A stretch of 63,711 nucleotides of DNA, the filler included, from Bigelowiella natans CCMP2755 (Eukaryota; Protista; Cercozoa): assembly GCA_000320545.1 (NCBI GenBank). It is 7 parts of 7 records of this genome, joined end to end, with 100 filler letters (N's around TTAATTAATTAA, not from the genome) between each part and the next. Parts side by side here need not be neighbours in the genome. Positions count along the whole stretch, not along the records: positions 2,310 to 30,380 come from ADNK01002520.1; positions 30,481 to 40,939 come from ADNK01000051.1; 5 more parts are not named here. One strand, 5' to 3'. The notes under the pieces are model-generated. The model was not told the origin of the DNA, made no database searches, and saw nothing but the letters and a program-made list of their open reading frames with translations. Positions 12,030 to 31,238 of this stretch are shown piece after piece. The position numbers were made by a program, and so were the translations under genes. Position 1 is the first letter of the stretch. Each line of letters starts with the position of its first letter.

Positions 12030-13492
12030 CTATGGCTCATATCTTGGATCTATGTAGTCCTCGTCCTTCACATAAGCGTCCACAGGGTAATCCTTCGGGT
12101 GAGCCTTGAGATGCTGTTTCAACGACTCGTGCTGCTCTTCCAAGTGCCATGGCACGTCGTCGTATACATCAGTAAATATTTGTGAGATCGGTGGAAGTTT
12201 TTGCTTGACGGCTTCGGTGAGGCATTTGATGCAGTTCTTTCTGTAGCGTGTTTGCATCTCCGCTTCTTTGTCTGAATCCCAAACGCCGAGCCCTTCCAGA
12301 TAGAGACGTGCACGTGTTATAGGATTATCATTCAAGTCCCAGTCTTTCATCTCCTCATTTGATCGATACGCAGTAGAGTCGTCCGAAGTGGAGTGGTGCC
12401 CGCCCCGGTAAGTCATGGCCTCTATTAGCACCGGCATGTTCTTCTCCAAGGCCAATTTTCTCGCCTCGGAAACAGCCTCGTAGACAGCGAGGAAGTCGTT
12501 ACCATCCACTCGTAGTCCGTGCATACCGTATCCTGGGGCTCTAGATACGATTCCATCTCCTCGATACTGTTCATGAGTCGGGGTGCTGATAGCGTATCCG
12601 TTGTTCCTGCAGAAGAAGAGGGCCGGGGCCTCCAAAGTAGCTGCAAAGTTAAGTGCAGCGTGAAAATCTCCCTCGCTTGCAGCCCCGTCACCAAAGTAAG
12701 CCACCGCTACATTTGGTTTCCCTTCCATTTTCAAAGCATATGCTGCCCCGGAGGCGTGCGGGATCTGGGTTGCAAGGGGAGAGGAGACTGTGTGCACATT
12801 GCATGCTTTCGAGCCGTAGTGTATCGGCATCTGACGGCCTTTCCCGAGATCGTACAAGTTTCCGTAGCATTGGTGGGACATTTGTTGCAGGTCATAGCCT
12901 CTCCACATGTACACCCCAGCTTCTCGATATTGAGTGTACACAGGATCGTCGTGGTCTAAAGCAGCGGCGCTCGCAATCAGCGCTGCCTGCTCTCCTGTGT
13001 GCTGCATATGGAACGAGATACGCCCTTGCCGCTGTGCATCATAAAAAATCTTGTCCATCACAGTTAACTCGCACATGACGTTGTACATTCGGAGCAGAAA
13101 GTCAACATCCGCCTGAGGAGGAAAGCAAGATGGTTATTAACAGTGTGATTGTTTCAGAGAGATTGTTCCGACGTTACCGTTGGTTCATAGCCGTCCTTGA
13201 CAACGACACCTTTTTCATCGATGATTCGAAAGCAAGGAATGTTGGATTCCTCCAATTTTATATCCAAATCAGTTGTGTAAACACGCGACTTGCGCAAAGC
13301 AGATGCACTCGAGAAAGCCTGATGACCGATGTGGATTAGAATTAAATTGAAACGGAGCATTGTTTAATATTCAACCCGTATCGTTGCCCCGCCTCTGAGT
13401 TGTGCGCATTGTTTCATTACAGAGACTCTCGATGACGATGAGGAGGGTATCCTCTTTGTCATGGTGCCGTAGCGATAAATCCTTTTGGCCAT
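12030..13492 (-). CDS. BCKDHA: Branched-chain alpha-keto acid dehydrogenase E1 alpha, mitochondrial
   Basis: Exons 13492-13376, 13318-13178 and 13112-12030 in frame; motifs QRQGRISF, GKGRQMPIHYG, TPP motif FGDGAASEGDFHAALNFA...NN, HHSTSDDSTAYR; Arg/Ser-rich leader. Confidence 0.96.
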
Positions 13493-14320
13493 CTTGGCTG
13501 TTGCAATCATCTTTCACGCAGCAGCAGACGCAGCAGCAGCAGTTTAAGCTGTCACGAACAGCTTCTCTCAGTGTATATCTGTTTTTGAATCTGTGCACTA
13601 CTGTTGCGAATGCTAGCCTCTAGTCGATTCTTCACTTTTTCTCTCTCTCCCCGTCTCCTCTCCAGGACTGCAGACGTCCACGTGTGGAGTTGATTTGTAT
13701 CCAGATCTCAAGTCGGCGGGGCGATTCCATCATGGAGAATCTCCTGGATTACAAGCTGAAAATATTTTATTTCGATGTCGCACCAAAAAAATATACGGTA
13801 CACCAACTCTCAATCTAGCATGAGAGCATGGCCGGAAACCCGATGAACCACGCGCTCCACGCCTGAGATTTGCCATAGTGAAAAGCGGTGCATTTTGAAG
13901 CGCATTTTGTTACTACGACTTGCGTATTTAGTTTAGAGAAAAACGGAGCATTTTGAAATGTATTCTGATACTGCGACTTGCATATTTATTGTCGCCGGAT
14001 CAGAAAAATGTCAGGGATTACCAGGATTACGGTGCGATGCTGGGCTCTTTTTTAAGCGTGAAACTTTACAAAGACTTCTAATCTTGTACAACGGTCGGTA
14101 GAATCACGGGACAAGGAATCGCTTGGACTTGGTCCCTGTTCTGGAAACTAGTAAAATTTTATAACCGAATATATCTATGTAATATTCATATAAAATCGAT
14201 ATTAAAAGTAACATAAACGACAACGTACGTGTACGCCTGCACGTCGATCAACTTCGCCTTCCCCCATTCGATTGCTACTGCGGCTCTTGCTGTTGCTGTT
14301 GCTGCGTACCCTAAGAAGAA

Positions 14321-21396
<7,076 letters not shown>

Positions 21397-22189
21397 TGTT
21401 ATTTTGCTTCATGAAAATCGAAGTGATTGCAATAATCATCTAGGAATCTAGCAGATAATGCCAGATCTAGTCAATGGTATAGTTTGTCGTCGTCTGACGC
21501 AAGCTAGCAAGCATCACAGCGCATTGCACACACTGTTAATGTAACATGCACTCCTTTATCCACCCGGAACAGATGACTTTTGATCAAAGACAAATAATGG
21601 GCCAAGCTAGCAAGCGTAATAATTCTGCATGTGGCACAATAATCCTAGAACTTCAGGCCACGGCAGCATGAGCATATCTAGACATGTGTGCAGCGACCGA
21701 TCGACCGTAGTAGCCATATGATCAGCGTAGCACCTTGTCTACTGTATATAGCTAGCTACCCAGCTAGCCAGCTCTGGCTATCTGGAACGTGCAGTGTTAG
21801 CTGCTATTATGCGGCTACACAATTACATCTTACATCTTAGCCTAGCTAGCTAGCAGACATCACAGCAGCCACAGCTAGACTAGCTAGCTAGCTAGTAGAC
21901 ATCAATGTTGCATTTTTAAGTTGTCGTTCGAAAATGACTTCTCAATCTTGTAGCTGCTGTGCTGTAAGTGATGCATGCACGTGGCTGGCCAGCAAAAAAG
22001 TAAATGCATGCTAGCATGTGTAGCTACGAATTCGATTCAGATTGTTCAAGATTGTTCATACTGACAAATTTGCCATGAAATTCATAATGTTCTTGAAGCA
22101 AAATAGCACAGAAGGAAGCTTGCTCAAAATTCGCCGGACATGCAGTTTGTTCGCTACTTCACAGGCTCCAGTGATGCAAAATTGACGAA

Positions 22190-24253
22190 TCAGTTTGGGA
22201 AGAGTTCCTCGAACACACTTGGAACGCTGCCTTTGTGCTTCATCAACAGAGGCTTCACAGCTTCCAAATTCTTAAACCCAAGTTCAGCGAAGTGCTTCAA
22301 CTCCTTCTCATACTTGAAATCAGATGGAGCTTCCTTGACATCTTCCTTTGGTGGAGATTTCTTTGGAGTCTCTTCTTTGGGCGTTTCCTTAGCTGCATGC
22401 TTCTCTTCTTTTGGTGATTTCTCCTCCTCGTTAGAAGCAATGGCGCCATTCGCGAATGGCGTCATTGCCCAAAACGAGTACATGGATACGAGAGCGTCAA
22501 GCTGGAATCCCATGAAACGCTCTGCACTTTGTAGGAAGGGACGGATGAAGATCACGAACTGGTGCTTTTTCAATTCAGGCCTCTTTGAGATAACAAGTTC
22601 AACAATGGATGCCAGCTTCTTCCCTTGGCGAATTTCTTTGATCACCACTGGAAGTTCTTCCTGCAAGACACTCACGACTTCCTTGTCGGCCAGGAATTCC
22701 ATCGCCATGGATTTTAGCTCCTTGTTGCTGGGGAACTTGGAAACCTGAATGTTGATCCAATACTTGTGACCAAACTGTTCCCCCTGGGGGGACATCAGTT
22801 GGAACCTCGCCGTGTGTTTTCCGGTTTCGAGGGGAGCGACAAGGTCAATAGACAAGTTGTACTGCTCTCCCTTTCCCACCTTTGTCATGATTTCAACAGT
22901 GGAATGCTGTCCAAAAGTTGATCCATCAAGAGACACAAGCTTTGTTCCACGAGGCCAAGCACGTGGCCCAGTGTTCTTGATCACCCAAGTCTTCTTGATG
23001 GCTTGTCCTGGTGCTACCAGGCAATTGTCTGGGAAGTTCACGTCCCTAACAAAATGTGCGCCCAGTGGTTCCTTGACATCGGCCTTCTGCTTAGCATCGG
23101 CCTTAGAGACAGAATCCTTCGTCACTTGAGAGTAGGATTTCTTTGGTTTGTCTTCAACAGGTACCTTAGCCAAATCTTTATCCGCAGATTTCGGCTTTAT
23201 AGCAGTCACGGTTGCCCAGAATCGATCTCCAAACTTCTTGCCGTCATGGCACAGGAAGAAATTAGGAGTTCTGAACTTGCCTTCCTTGGAAGGAAGGGAA
23301 AGTGTGACGCTTACTTCACCCTCCTTTCCGGGGAGAAGTTCAGGTACTTTGGAATCAGAAACTGGGTTGAGTTTCCCCTTTGTCTGCTTCCCAAGATACA
23401 CCTCAGAAGTCCACGGGCTCACACCATCGTTCTTCAAAAGCCAGGTCTTGGTAATTTTGGTCCCAACCTCTACCTCGACACCGTCCTCGTAGGTGACGTC
23501 CTTCACGAAAGCAGAAGAAAGCCCCGCTCGAAACTGCTTTTTAGCTTTACGGGCAGCCTTCTCAGCGTCCTTAGCGGCCTTTTCAGCCTGCTTATGGGCC
23601 TTCATTGCTTCCTTCTTTGCCTTCGCAGCCGCCTTTTCAGAAACTTTTAAGAGTCTCTCAACTTCCTTTTTGGCTTTCTGAGCTTTGGCTTTAGCTTTTT
23701 CTTTAGTCGCTTCAGCTTTTTTTTTAGCCTTTTCTTTGGCTTTAGCCTCCTTTTCGGCCTTGACAGCTTCCTTAGCTTTGGCCTTCTTTGCCTCCTCCGC
23801 CTTGGCAGCTTGCTTGGCTTTAGCCTCCTCTTCCGCCTTTGCAGCTTCCAGGTCGTCAAGATTTGACTTCGCATTTTCCTCTTGAGGGCTGACCTCCGCC
23901 TCCCTCACGATCACTGCGCTGTCCTTGCTATCTTGCTTGGTGAGAATGGCGGTACGCTGGCCATCCTTCGATACCTTCACGTACTCAGTCTCCTCTTCCT
24001 CTGCAGACTTTGGGGTGATGAAGAGTTTCAAGGTTGCCTCGGACATTTCAAAGGCATCCTTTAGCTCCGGGTTACTGGTGACGGTAACGCAGTCATCTTC
24101 GTCATCCACGTAACGCACTTGAACCCCATTGGGGAAGCGCCCCGAATAAATCCGGCTGACTTCCTGGGTGAGATGCTCATAGGCATTCTCCGTCTGCAGA
24201 GCAATGCGACGAATGTCGTTTTCGAATACGATCTTAACAATAGTAGTGGTCAT
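22190..24253 (-). CDS. NBR1: NBR1-like selective autophagy receptor (PB1, Lys/Ala coiled coil, two FW domains, UBA-like C-terminus); intronless
   Basis: PB1 (VKIVFENDIRR...YVDDEDDCVTV); two FW repeats (FVKDVTYEDG...TKTWLLKNDG..W and FVRDVNFPD...KKTWVIKNTG..WP...FGHKYW); C-terminal LKHFAELGF...KHKGSV. Start taken at MTTTIVK. Confidence 0.85.
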   Translation of the reverse strand: MTTTIVKIVFENDIRRIALQTENAYEHLTQEVSRIYSGRFPNGVQVRYVDDEDDCVTVTSNPELKDAFEMSEATLKLFITPKSAEEEETEYVKVSKDGQRTAILTKQDSKDSAVIVREAEVSPQEENAKSNLDDLEAAKAEEEAKAKQAAKAEEAKKAKAKEAVKAEKEAKAKEKAKKKAEATKEKAKAKAQKAKKEVERLLKVSEKAAAKAKKEAMKAHKQAEKAAKDAEKAARKAKKQFRAGLSSAFVKDVTYEDGVEVEVGTKITKTWLLKNDGVSPWTSEVYLGKQTKGKLNPVSDSKVPELLPGKEGEVSVTLSLPSKEGKFRTPNFFLCHDGKKFGDRFWATVTAIKPKSADKDLAKVPVEDKPKKSYSQVTKDSVSKADAKQKADVKEPLGAHFVRDVNFPDNCLVAPGQAIKKTWVIKNTGPRAWPRGTKLVSLDGSTFGQHSTVEIMTKVGKGEQYNLSIDLVAPLETGKHTARFQLMSPQGEQFGHKYWINIQVSKFPSNKELKSMAMEFLADKEVVSVLQEELPVVIKEIRQGKKLASIVELVISKRPELKKHQFVIFIRPFLQSAERFMGFQLDALVSMYSFWAMTPFANGAIASNEEEKSPKEEKHAAKETPKEETPKKSPPKEDVKEAPSDFKYEKELKHFAELGFKNLEAVKPLLMKHKGSVPSVFEELFPN

Positions 24254-25084
24254 GGTGTTGTGTCCCTGCGGCACGAGTGAATCAGTAGATTAGAGCGTCC
24301 TTCGACCTCTTCTGTTTGAGTTCTGAGCTGGCAAAGATGGAGAGATGGGAAAGGGTCGTCATGAGCCGCTTATCAGACTTCACATTGACCATGAGAAAAC
24401 TATAAAAACCATAAATATAGTCTTATCTGTAACAACGTCAAATATAAATCAAATTATTTTAAATAAAATGGGCGATGCAGGGAAGAATACATTGATGCTA
24501 GTTCTCATTTATTGAACATTCAGATTAATTACTTAAATTGGTAAAAATTAATGCAAGAGATTATTCTTTTTATTTACATATGAATTAAGTCGTCTGGACT
24601 AATATGCATCTATTTGTTGTAAGAATTATCTTCCATTTCTTTTTTCATGAAAATTTTCTTAAGTAATTCTTTGATGCCTTCCGGAACCGCTTTGCCGTTA
24701 AGTCTCCTTTTGCAGAGTTTTAAATTGTCGTCTTTAATGGTTTAAGTCCTTTTAAAAAATATTTGGGTTCCGATGGAAAATTCTTCTCCCGTTCCCTGCA
24801 CATTTTCTAGGCCAATGAGATCACTCGTTAAATATATTGTCGCACACTAACGAATAAAGGCAAATCCAGCCACCAAGTTGAATCTGGAAGTTTTGATCAT
24901 ATCCATGATAATTTTATCAAGCGACAGGCTTTTTAATTAATAAAATAGGTTGTGCACATCTTCGGCTCGAGGGTTGACAAGAAGGGTGGGAGGGGGAAAG
25001 CATAGTCGATAAACGATTAACTGCCGCCTCGATTTAGTTAGGCATTATATCCTTTTCATCATTGCTTGAGTAGATTGAGTTCTC

Positions 25085-26090
25085 ATGGGAGGAGGGGGGT
25101 CTAAAAAAGACCTGCCGACCTACTATGAGAAAGACATCCATCTTGAGGCTGAGCGAGGAGTCGGAGAGAAGGGTAATCTTGCCCGGATCTGCAGCGGACC
25201 CCACAAAGGGACGCTGGTTGCTGTAAGAAGAATAGATTCTAAGGATCTGCCTTATCTCGATGCGAAGGCAAGAAGGCGCATTGCCCACCTCAGGTTTGTA
25301 TAATTGTCGGTATATCTCGTGGTGTGTCAGTTGAGTACGATACATATTAGGCACGAATGTATTGCTCGGTGCGTTGGCATTCTGCATGGTAGCAGTGATA
25401 AAGGCACTGAAAACCAAAGTCTGATGTGGGAATATTGTGAAGGTATCTTGCCATTGGATTGAATCGCTATGTGAATAAACAACCCGGGACATACTATGTG
25501 TTGAATGGTGGGCAGGTGGTTCTGTATTCGACCTTCTAGAATCACACCGCTGCTCGAAAGAGGATCGTCTAAAAATTGCAGGTTTGAATTCTCCGATTTA
25601 ATGTATATTTTAAGGGTCATCAGTGAATCTCATATTCAGTGAACACGTGTCGCGGACTTCTCCACATGCATGAGTCGGGGTATGTGCATGCACGGCTTCA
25701 CCCCCGGAATATTCTGCTTCAAAGAAAAGATTCCAGTGAACAAAGAGTCGTCAAACTTTCAGGTTTTAATTTAAAGCAGAAGTATAACAGATTTGTTTCA
25801 CATTCCACTCACACTCCTCCTCCTCCTTTTTTACTATTCGAAAGACTATGAGCCCAGAAAAGAGCTTGTTCGAGATTCCACACGCACAGGCACAATCGCA
25901 AAAAAGCCAGCGACAACAAAGAGCTTGTTATCAAACTACAGGTAGCAACTGGGACCTCCAACTTCTCTCTTATACCGATTGTCTCAATTCGTATTAATAA
26001 ATGTAAATAGCCCTTATGAAGCGCCTGAGGTCTCCGCAGGAAGCCTTGTAAGTCCATTTTGAGGCTGATGATAATCTATATTTAGTGCAA

Positions 26091-26167
<77 letters not shown>

Positions 26168-27679
26168 CGTGTGCGTAAATATGAGCTTGATTTCTTTCCA
26201 TCCGGCAGGCCACGGACCGATCAGATGTATATTCCCTAGGAATGTGCCTGTGAGTGACACCTTCACGCACTCATCACTTGAGATCGATGCAGCGTCATTA
26301 TGTTATTATTATTTAAAATTTTTATCCTGGCGTGCGATCAATATCTCTCTAGTCCTCTTCGTGTAGATAATGTCAGTGTTTTGTTCGAAAAACGACTAAA
26401 ACATAGTCAGTATATTTGGTACCGGGAGATTGAAGGCAAATCAGTAGCAGCGTCTGTCCCTCCTTTAACAGGTTAAATTCTGCTAGATATCGGTGCTCAA
26501 ATAGTCATTTTGATGTGTTTTTGTAAGGCCACGCCATCTTTACAATAACAATGTTCCTGATTCATTCGAATGTTACACACATCTAGGAGAAGGAACTGAA
26601 CATACAAGATCACAGGTAGTACAGCATCGTCGTCACTTATTTTGTTATTCATTACGTTGAATTAGTGTAATAGTAGTAGTAGTTATTAGTAGTAGAAAAA
26701 GAAGAAGAAAAGAGCAGACGACATACAGCTGGTACACTCATCGTTAGGGTACTACGACCTCTCACAAGGAAGGCTCTTCTTATGGCTTCGTGGATCTCGT
26801 TATTAGACGGTCAGTCGGGCATCAATGCAAGGACTTTCTCTCACCTTTCGATGATAAACACACTTTCAATCTTCCCGAATCAATGTGTTTGTGTATGTGT
26901 GTATTTGAAAAGGGCACTCCATAAAGATCCAGATCATAGACCGACTGTGGAAAAGGTGTGATAAAGACCACGCTCACACAAATTCATGGATACGTGGGTT
27001 GAATGATGCATTATGATGTTGTTGAAACCTCATCATGGAACTTGCAGATCCTGGAAGTCCTCACGAAACGGTGCTTGTCAAGACTGAATAGCATGTCAAA
27101 CAATTCCTGCGTGGGGGGCTCTCTCCATGAGGTACAGGCGGCTTTATCGTGAAATACTGCTGAGATTCGGAGAGTGCACAACAACAACAGCAACACCAAT
27201 GCTTTTCTATCCCTCGATACGATCATTATAGGTGATGGTTCTAGTACCGCCATAATTGAAATGTTACTAATAGCCATAGCAGTCGTATTAGTCTTTGCAT
27301 TATCTCTCCCTGAGCAAGCTGCGAGTCAATGTTTTCCTTTTGCTTCTTCGTCGTCAATAACCCAGGGAGACCCGGGAGGTGGTATGTCCAGTGCAGAGAA
27401 CTCGAATAGGTATTTTGATGCACTCTCAGTCCTAGCGCAGGTGCCTGAAGAACCCTCAGGTGATGACTGCACGTTCGAAGAAACCTCAACGCCCCCCCCT
27501 CTTCCCAAACCTCTCATCTTGGAGACTGACTTTTCTCTGACGCAGGAAAAATACCTGATCAACTTCCTTCCTGGTATATTCGCCAGCAAGCTGAGATGGA
27601 TGACGGATTGGGAATAAGCGCATCAGGTGTTGCAAATAATGAAGGTGAAGGCGATCCGAGTGAGGGGATTCCTCCGTAG
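25085..27679 (+). CDS. N-myristoylated protein-kinase-fold protein, probable pseudokinase; 3' exon structure uncertain
   Basis: MGGGGS; LVAVR; LMWEYCEGGSVFDLL; CRGLLHMHESGYVHARLHPRNILL; SDVYSLG (~26220); LHKDPDHRPT (~26920). Confidence 0.7.
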
Positions 27680-28314
27680 CGTATTAGTAAAGATTTTAGA
27701 TGACGGTGGTGAAGCGGCGCACTGTACTATTTGTAACAATGTGAATGTGATGTGTTCATTCGTCACATGTGCTCCATCCCCCATGATTGACAAGGCATGC
27801 AAAGTCCACATGCTAGCATGACAGCATGTACATGTACACACGTGTGTCACGTGTTGCATGCATTTGAAAGCATTGCTGTCCTATCGTCGATGTCGCGCGT
27901 TGCGCGCAGCGGTGCGAGCCCTTTTTTCTCTCCTTGTGAGACGCTTAGTTTTATAGTTTCATCGTTGCGATTCATGATGGCCGTCGACTGGTTTTTCAAT
28001 CTGAGCTGATGATGTTCACTTTTTGCATTGGAGGAGGTGATCCATGTCATTCAGCATGATGGATACAGCAACACTGTGCACGTCACACGTGCATTGTCTA
28101 GTTGTGTGTGCGCGCTGCCTCGATGACCACAACACGTACAAGGCTATGAACACACTTCAGTCTTTAATCAATTGTCTACAGTTTTGCACGTCCGTTGAAC
28201 AACTGCTATACTGCACGCGCATTGCAAAGGCTTGGGGCGTCCCACACACATTGCCGAACGCGGAAGTCCAGGCTGTGTGCGAGAACTTATGTGTGCTATG
28301 AATCAGGGTTAGCA

Positions 28315-30027
28315 TCATCTGTCTGTACTTTTCTGAGCTGTGACGACACCTTCATCGAATCCATAGTTAAGAGTTCCTGGAGTTGAAAGGAGCCGTTTGA
28401 GGACAGGCTTCCTGGCTGATCGTGTCTGGAACAGCTCTTCAGGTGTGAAAACACCAGAACTCGGCCTCATCAAATCCGCTCTAGAATCCACTCCTATTGC
28501 ATCGGAATCATACACTGCGTTTGTGTGGCTCGAAGGAGTATATAAAGACACTCACACACGCACACAAACACACACACACACACACACACACATCATATCA
28601 TATCATATATGTATCTTCTCGTACCTTCCAAAAGAGCTAGAGTAAACTCAGCGCAACTCTGGCCAACAACTCTGCGAAAAGATTCGTGGGCTTGAACAGC
28701 TGTTATTGTACGTCCATTCTCGCCAGTAACATCGACTCTCATCGCATGCGTCTCCCCAACCGCCTTGTCTGTCAATGCGACCATTGGTTTTGAAAAGCGA
28801 GCAAGACCTTCCGAGAACGCCTTTGACTTCCACCAGCTACGCGGCACAATGGCTACCATCGCGTTCAAAATGACGTTCCCATATATCAGGCGCGGTCCCC
28901 ATTCCTACATTCGAATTGCGTGATATCTTCAAGTGTTGAGCAACAGTGGCACTTTCAGGAAAGGGCCAGTCCCAAACCGGTCGTTCACCGACAAGCCTTG
29001 CGGACAATCGTCGTCCTTTATATAGAACTTCGCCTTGCGAGAGTCTCCGCCCGCTGTAAAACGTTTGACGAGCTTTCCGTTTCGGAATACAAGCATTGGT
29101 TCTCCAAAGCCTTCGTTTGTTATGAGAAGATTTACCTCGCCGCTTCCTGAATACGAACGAGTTTGAAAATAACGGTTTGTGAATATATGCACGTCGATTC
29201 TATGATAGGACAGAAATAGTTGGTATCCTCAGCATCGTTGTGATGCCACTTATTGTTATTGTGATGAAGGTGGAGGGTGGTTGGCATTGATGTCAAGCAT
29301 CAGATAGATGTAGCGTGCTTAATACCAAATAGAGGTAGCTACCTCCTAGACCAGCAGTGAAATAGCTGAAGTCAATATCTTTCACCCGATCACCTACTCT
29401 ATCCGCACATTCCATCGCAAGAACGTTGGACAAGCCAGGAAAAGCCCCTGCTGAACACAAGGCAATGGTCCCGCTGCTGCAAGCTGCGTCACCCATAGCT
29501 TTTGCACTGTTAATGTAGTCCACAGGGTCGCTGACGTCGACGTACACGGGCACTTTCGACTCTATAGCTGCTTTGAGTACATCTGGATGCTCGCCGAGGT
29601 AAGGGCCAGCAGTGTGGATGACAGCTGCTACACCTTTCAGGGCGTCTTTCAAATCGTTGCGATTCCGCCAGTCAAGCTCGACGTATGATATATCCTCGTC
29701 GGATGCCGCCCCCTGGGCCTCCCTAAGAACTTCGCGCACGGCAGCGCGTCCGCGGGACGGTGATCTCCCCGCGAGAGTGATATGAACTTTTTGACGACGC
29801 TCCTGTGCATCATTCGTGGATGTGAGAAGATGGAGAGCGGCGGCGGTCCCTATTCTCCCTGTACCTCCCACGATCAAAATACGCGGCGTGGGGGCTACTT
29901 CAATTGCAGACTGCGAGCCTACCATTGGAGGATTCCTTCCAGTCACGAGCACAAAATGCCCAAGCAGGAAAGCACTCATCAGCAGGCTCGCCCCCCGACC
30001 TCCTCCCATCATGAAACCTGATGCCAC
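28315..30027 (-). CDS. Saccharopine dehydrogenase-like NAD(P)-binding oxidoreductase (plant/cyanobacterial type) with signal-peptide-like leader
   Basis: ILIVGGTGRIG, VIHTAGPY, YVDVSD, AGAFPGLSNVLA, FSYFTAGLGG(S)G, GVFTPEE; multiple exons. Confidence 0.85.
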
Positions 30028-30380
30028 GTATCGATGATGCCGACTCCACGAAAGTTGATTTATTTAGCTAATTATTTCGATAATATCTCCTTTAAAACTA
30101 TCCCATCCTTGTGCCATCCAAACTATCCTTTCACCAGGTTGCCGAAAACTTCCTTCCCTTTCAATCGAAAGGACTTCCTACATATTACCTCAACTTTTCT
30201 TCGGAAGCAAGACTCTCACGACCACGTGCCAATACATGAGGGTGGAGAGGCCCTTGTCGCGCTGTTCAGAATTGAGGCTATTTCCAAAGAAATATCGTAT
30301 GGGAATTGTCCACCACAGAAGGACGACGTGCCCAGGCCCAGAAACGCCGAGAGAGAACGTTGATTTCATGATGTTCTTCG

Positions 30381-30480
30381 NNNNNNNNNNNNNNNNNNNN
30401 NNNNNNNNNNNNNNNNNNNNNNNNTTAATTAATTAANNNNNNNNNNNNNNNNNNNNNNNNNNNNNNNNNNNNNNNNNNNN
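30381..30480. other. Artificial contig spacer
   Basis: 100-nt N run with TTAATTAATTAA. Confidence 0.97.
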
Positions 30481-30641
30481 ATTGTAGAAAAAATACAAGT
30501 GTCTCTATTTGTGATCCTCTTAAAAATGCTATATATGATCATGACAGTAAATAGCCTACTTTTGGTCGTATGCTGTTTCCTATCATTTTATCCGCGTTGA
30601 CTGTCTGTTGGGCAACACCCTTTCCCCTCCTCCCCCCGTAG

Positions 30642-31238
30642 GGACATGCGCGCAAAGATCTATAGCGATGGTGACGAGGGCCGCGATAAGACCACAGGGT
30701 GTGATATCTATGAGATCCTTTCTATTCTGGACGATCTGCGAAAATCACTAACTGATTGATACTAATGCCTGTGTCAGATCATCGAAGATAAACCTGACCG
30801 ATGTTTTCTACGGTGACGGCACCCCCATCTCGGAGGAAGACCTTAAGGTTGTCACTGTTTTTGTGTCCCTGCTCGTACACACGAAAGGAGCTCTCTTTTC
30901 TACATCCGCTGAGTTGGCAAAATCGCCAACAACGGCAGCGGCAGCACCATCCACATCACTAATATTGATGTTGCTTCGTCTCAGCACGTTGCCGAGGTCA
31001 CAATGAAGAATGTTCAGTTCGTGAAACTGAACCAGGGAGATGTTGTGCTGGTCGACAATTATAAGGTGGTATCAAAGGAAAAACATCCGCACAAACCACA
31101 CGAAGCGGCGAGTGCATATATGCATGTAATCGTGGAAAGGATGCAAGGCGAACTGACTTGTGGTGTGTGTCTCAGACGCAGCATGGAAGAAACGTCTTTG
31201 AGGGAACGAGGAAAAATGCTGTGACGTGGTTCGAATAG
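30642..31238 (+). CDS. TauD/TfdA-family (clavaminate synthase-like) 2OG-Fe(II) dioxygenase, 3' end
   Basis: Spliced VFYGDGTPISEEDLK|HVAEV...LNQGDVVLVDNYK|TQHGRNVFEGTRKNAVTWFE* matches the family's GD(V)xxxDN...HGRxxFxGxR C-terminal signature. Confidence 0.8.

Noticed and set aside
22140-24113. Long plus-strand ORFs opposite NBR1 (also opposite BCKDHA and the SDR)
   Set aside because: Antisense shadows of real coding sequence.
27174-27617. 147-aa ORF with a signal-peptide-like stretch
   Set aside because: Lies among probable 3' exons and introns of the pseudokinase; more likely chance read-through than a separate secreted protein, though not excluded.
30034-30380. Short plus-strand ORFs at the end of contig 2
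   Set aside because: Could be the start of a divergent gene, but it is truncated and has no recognisable motif.
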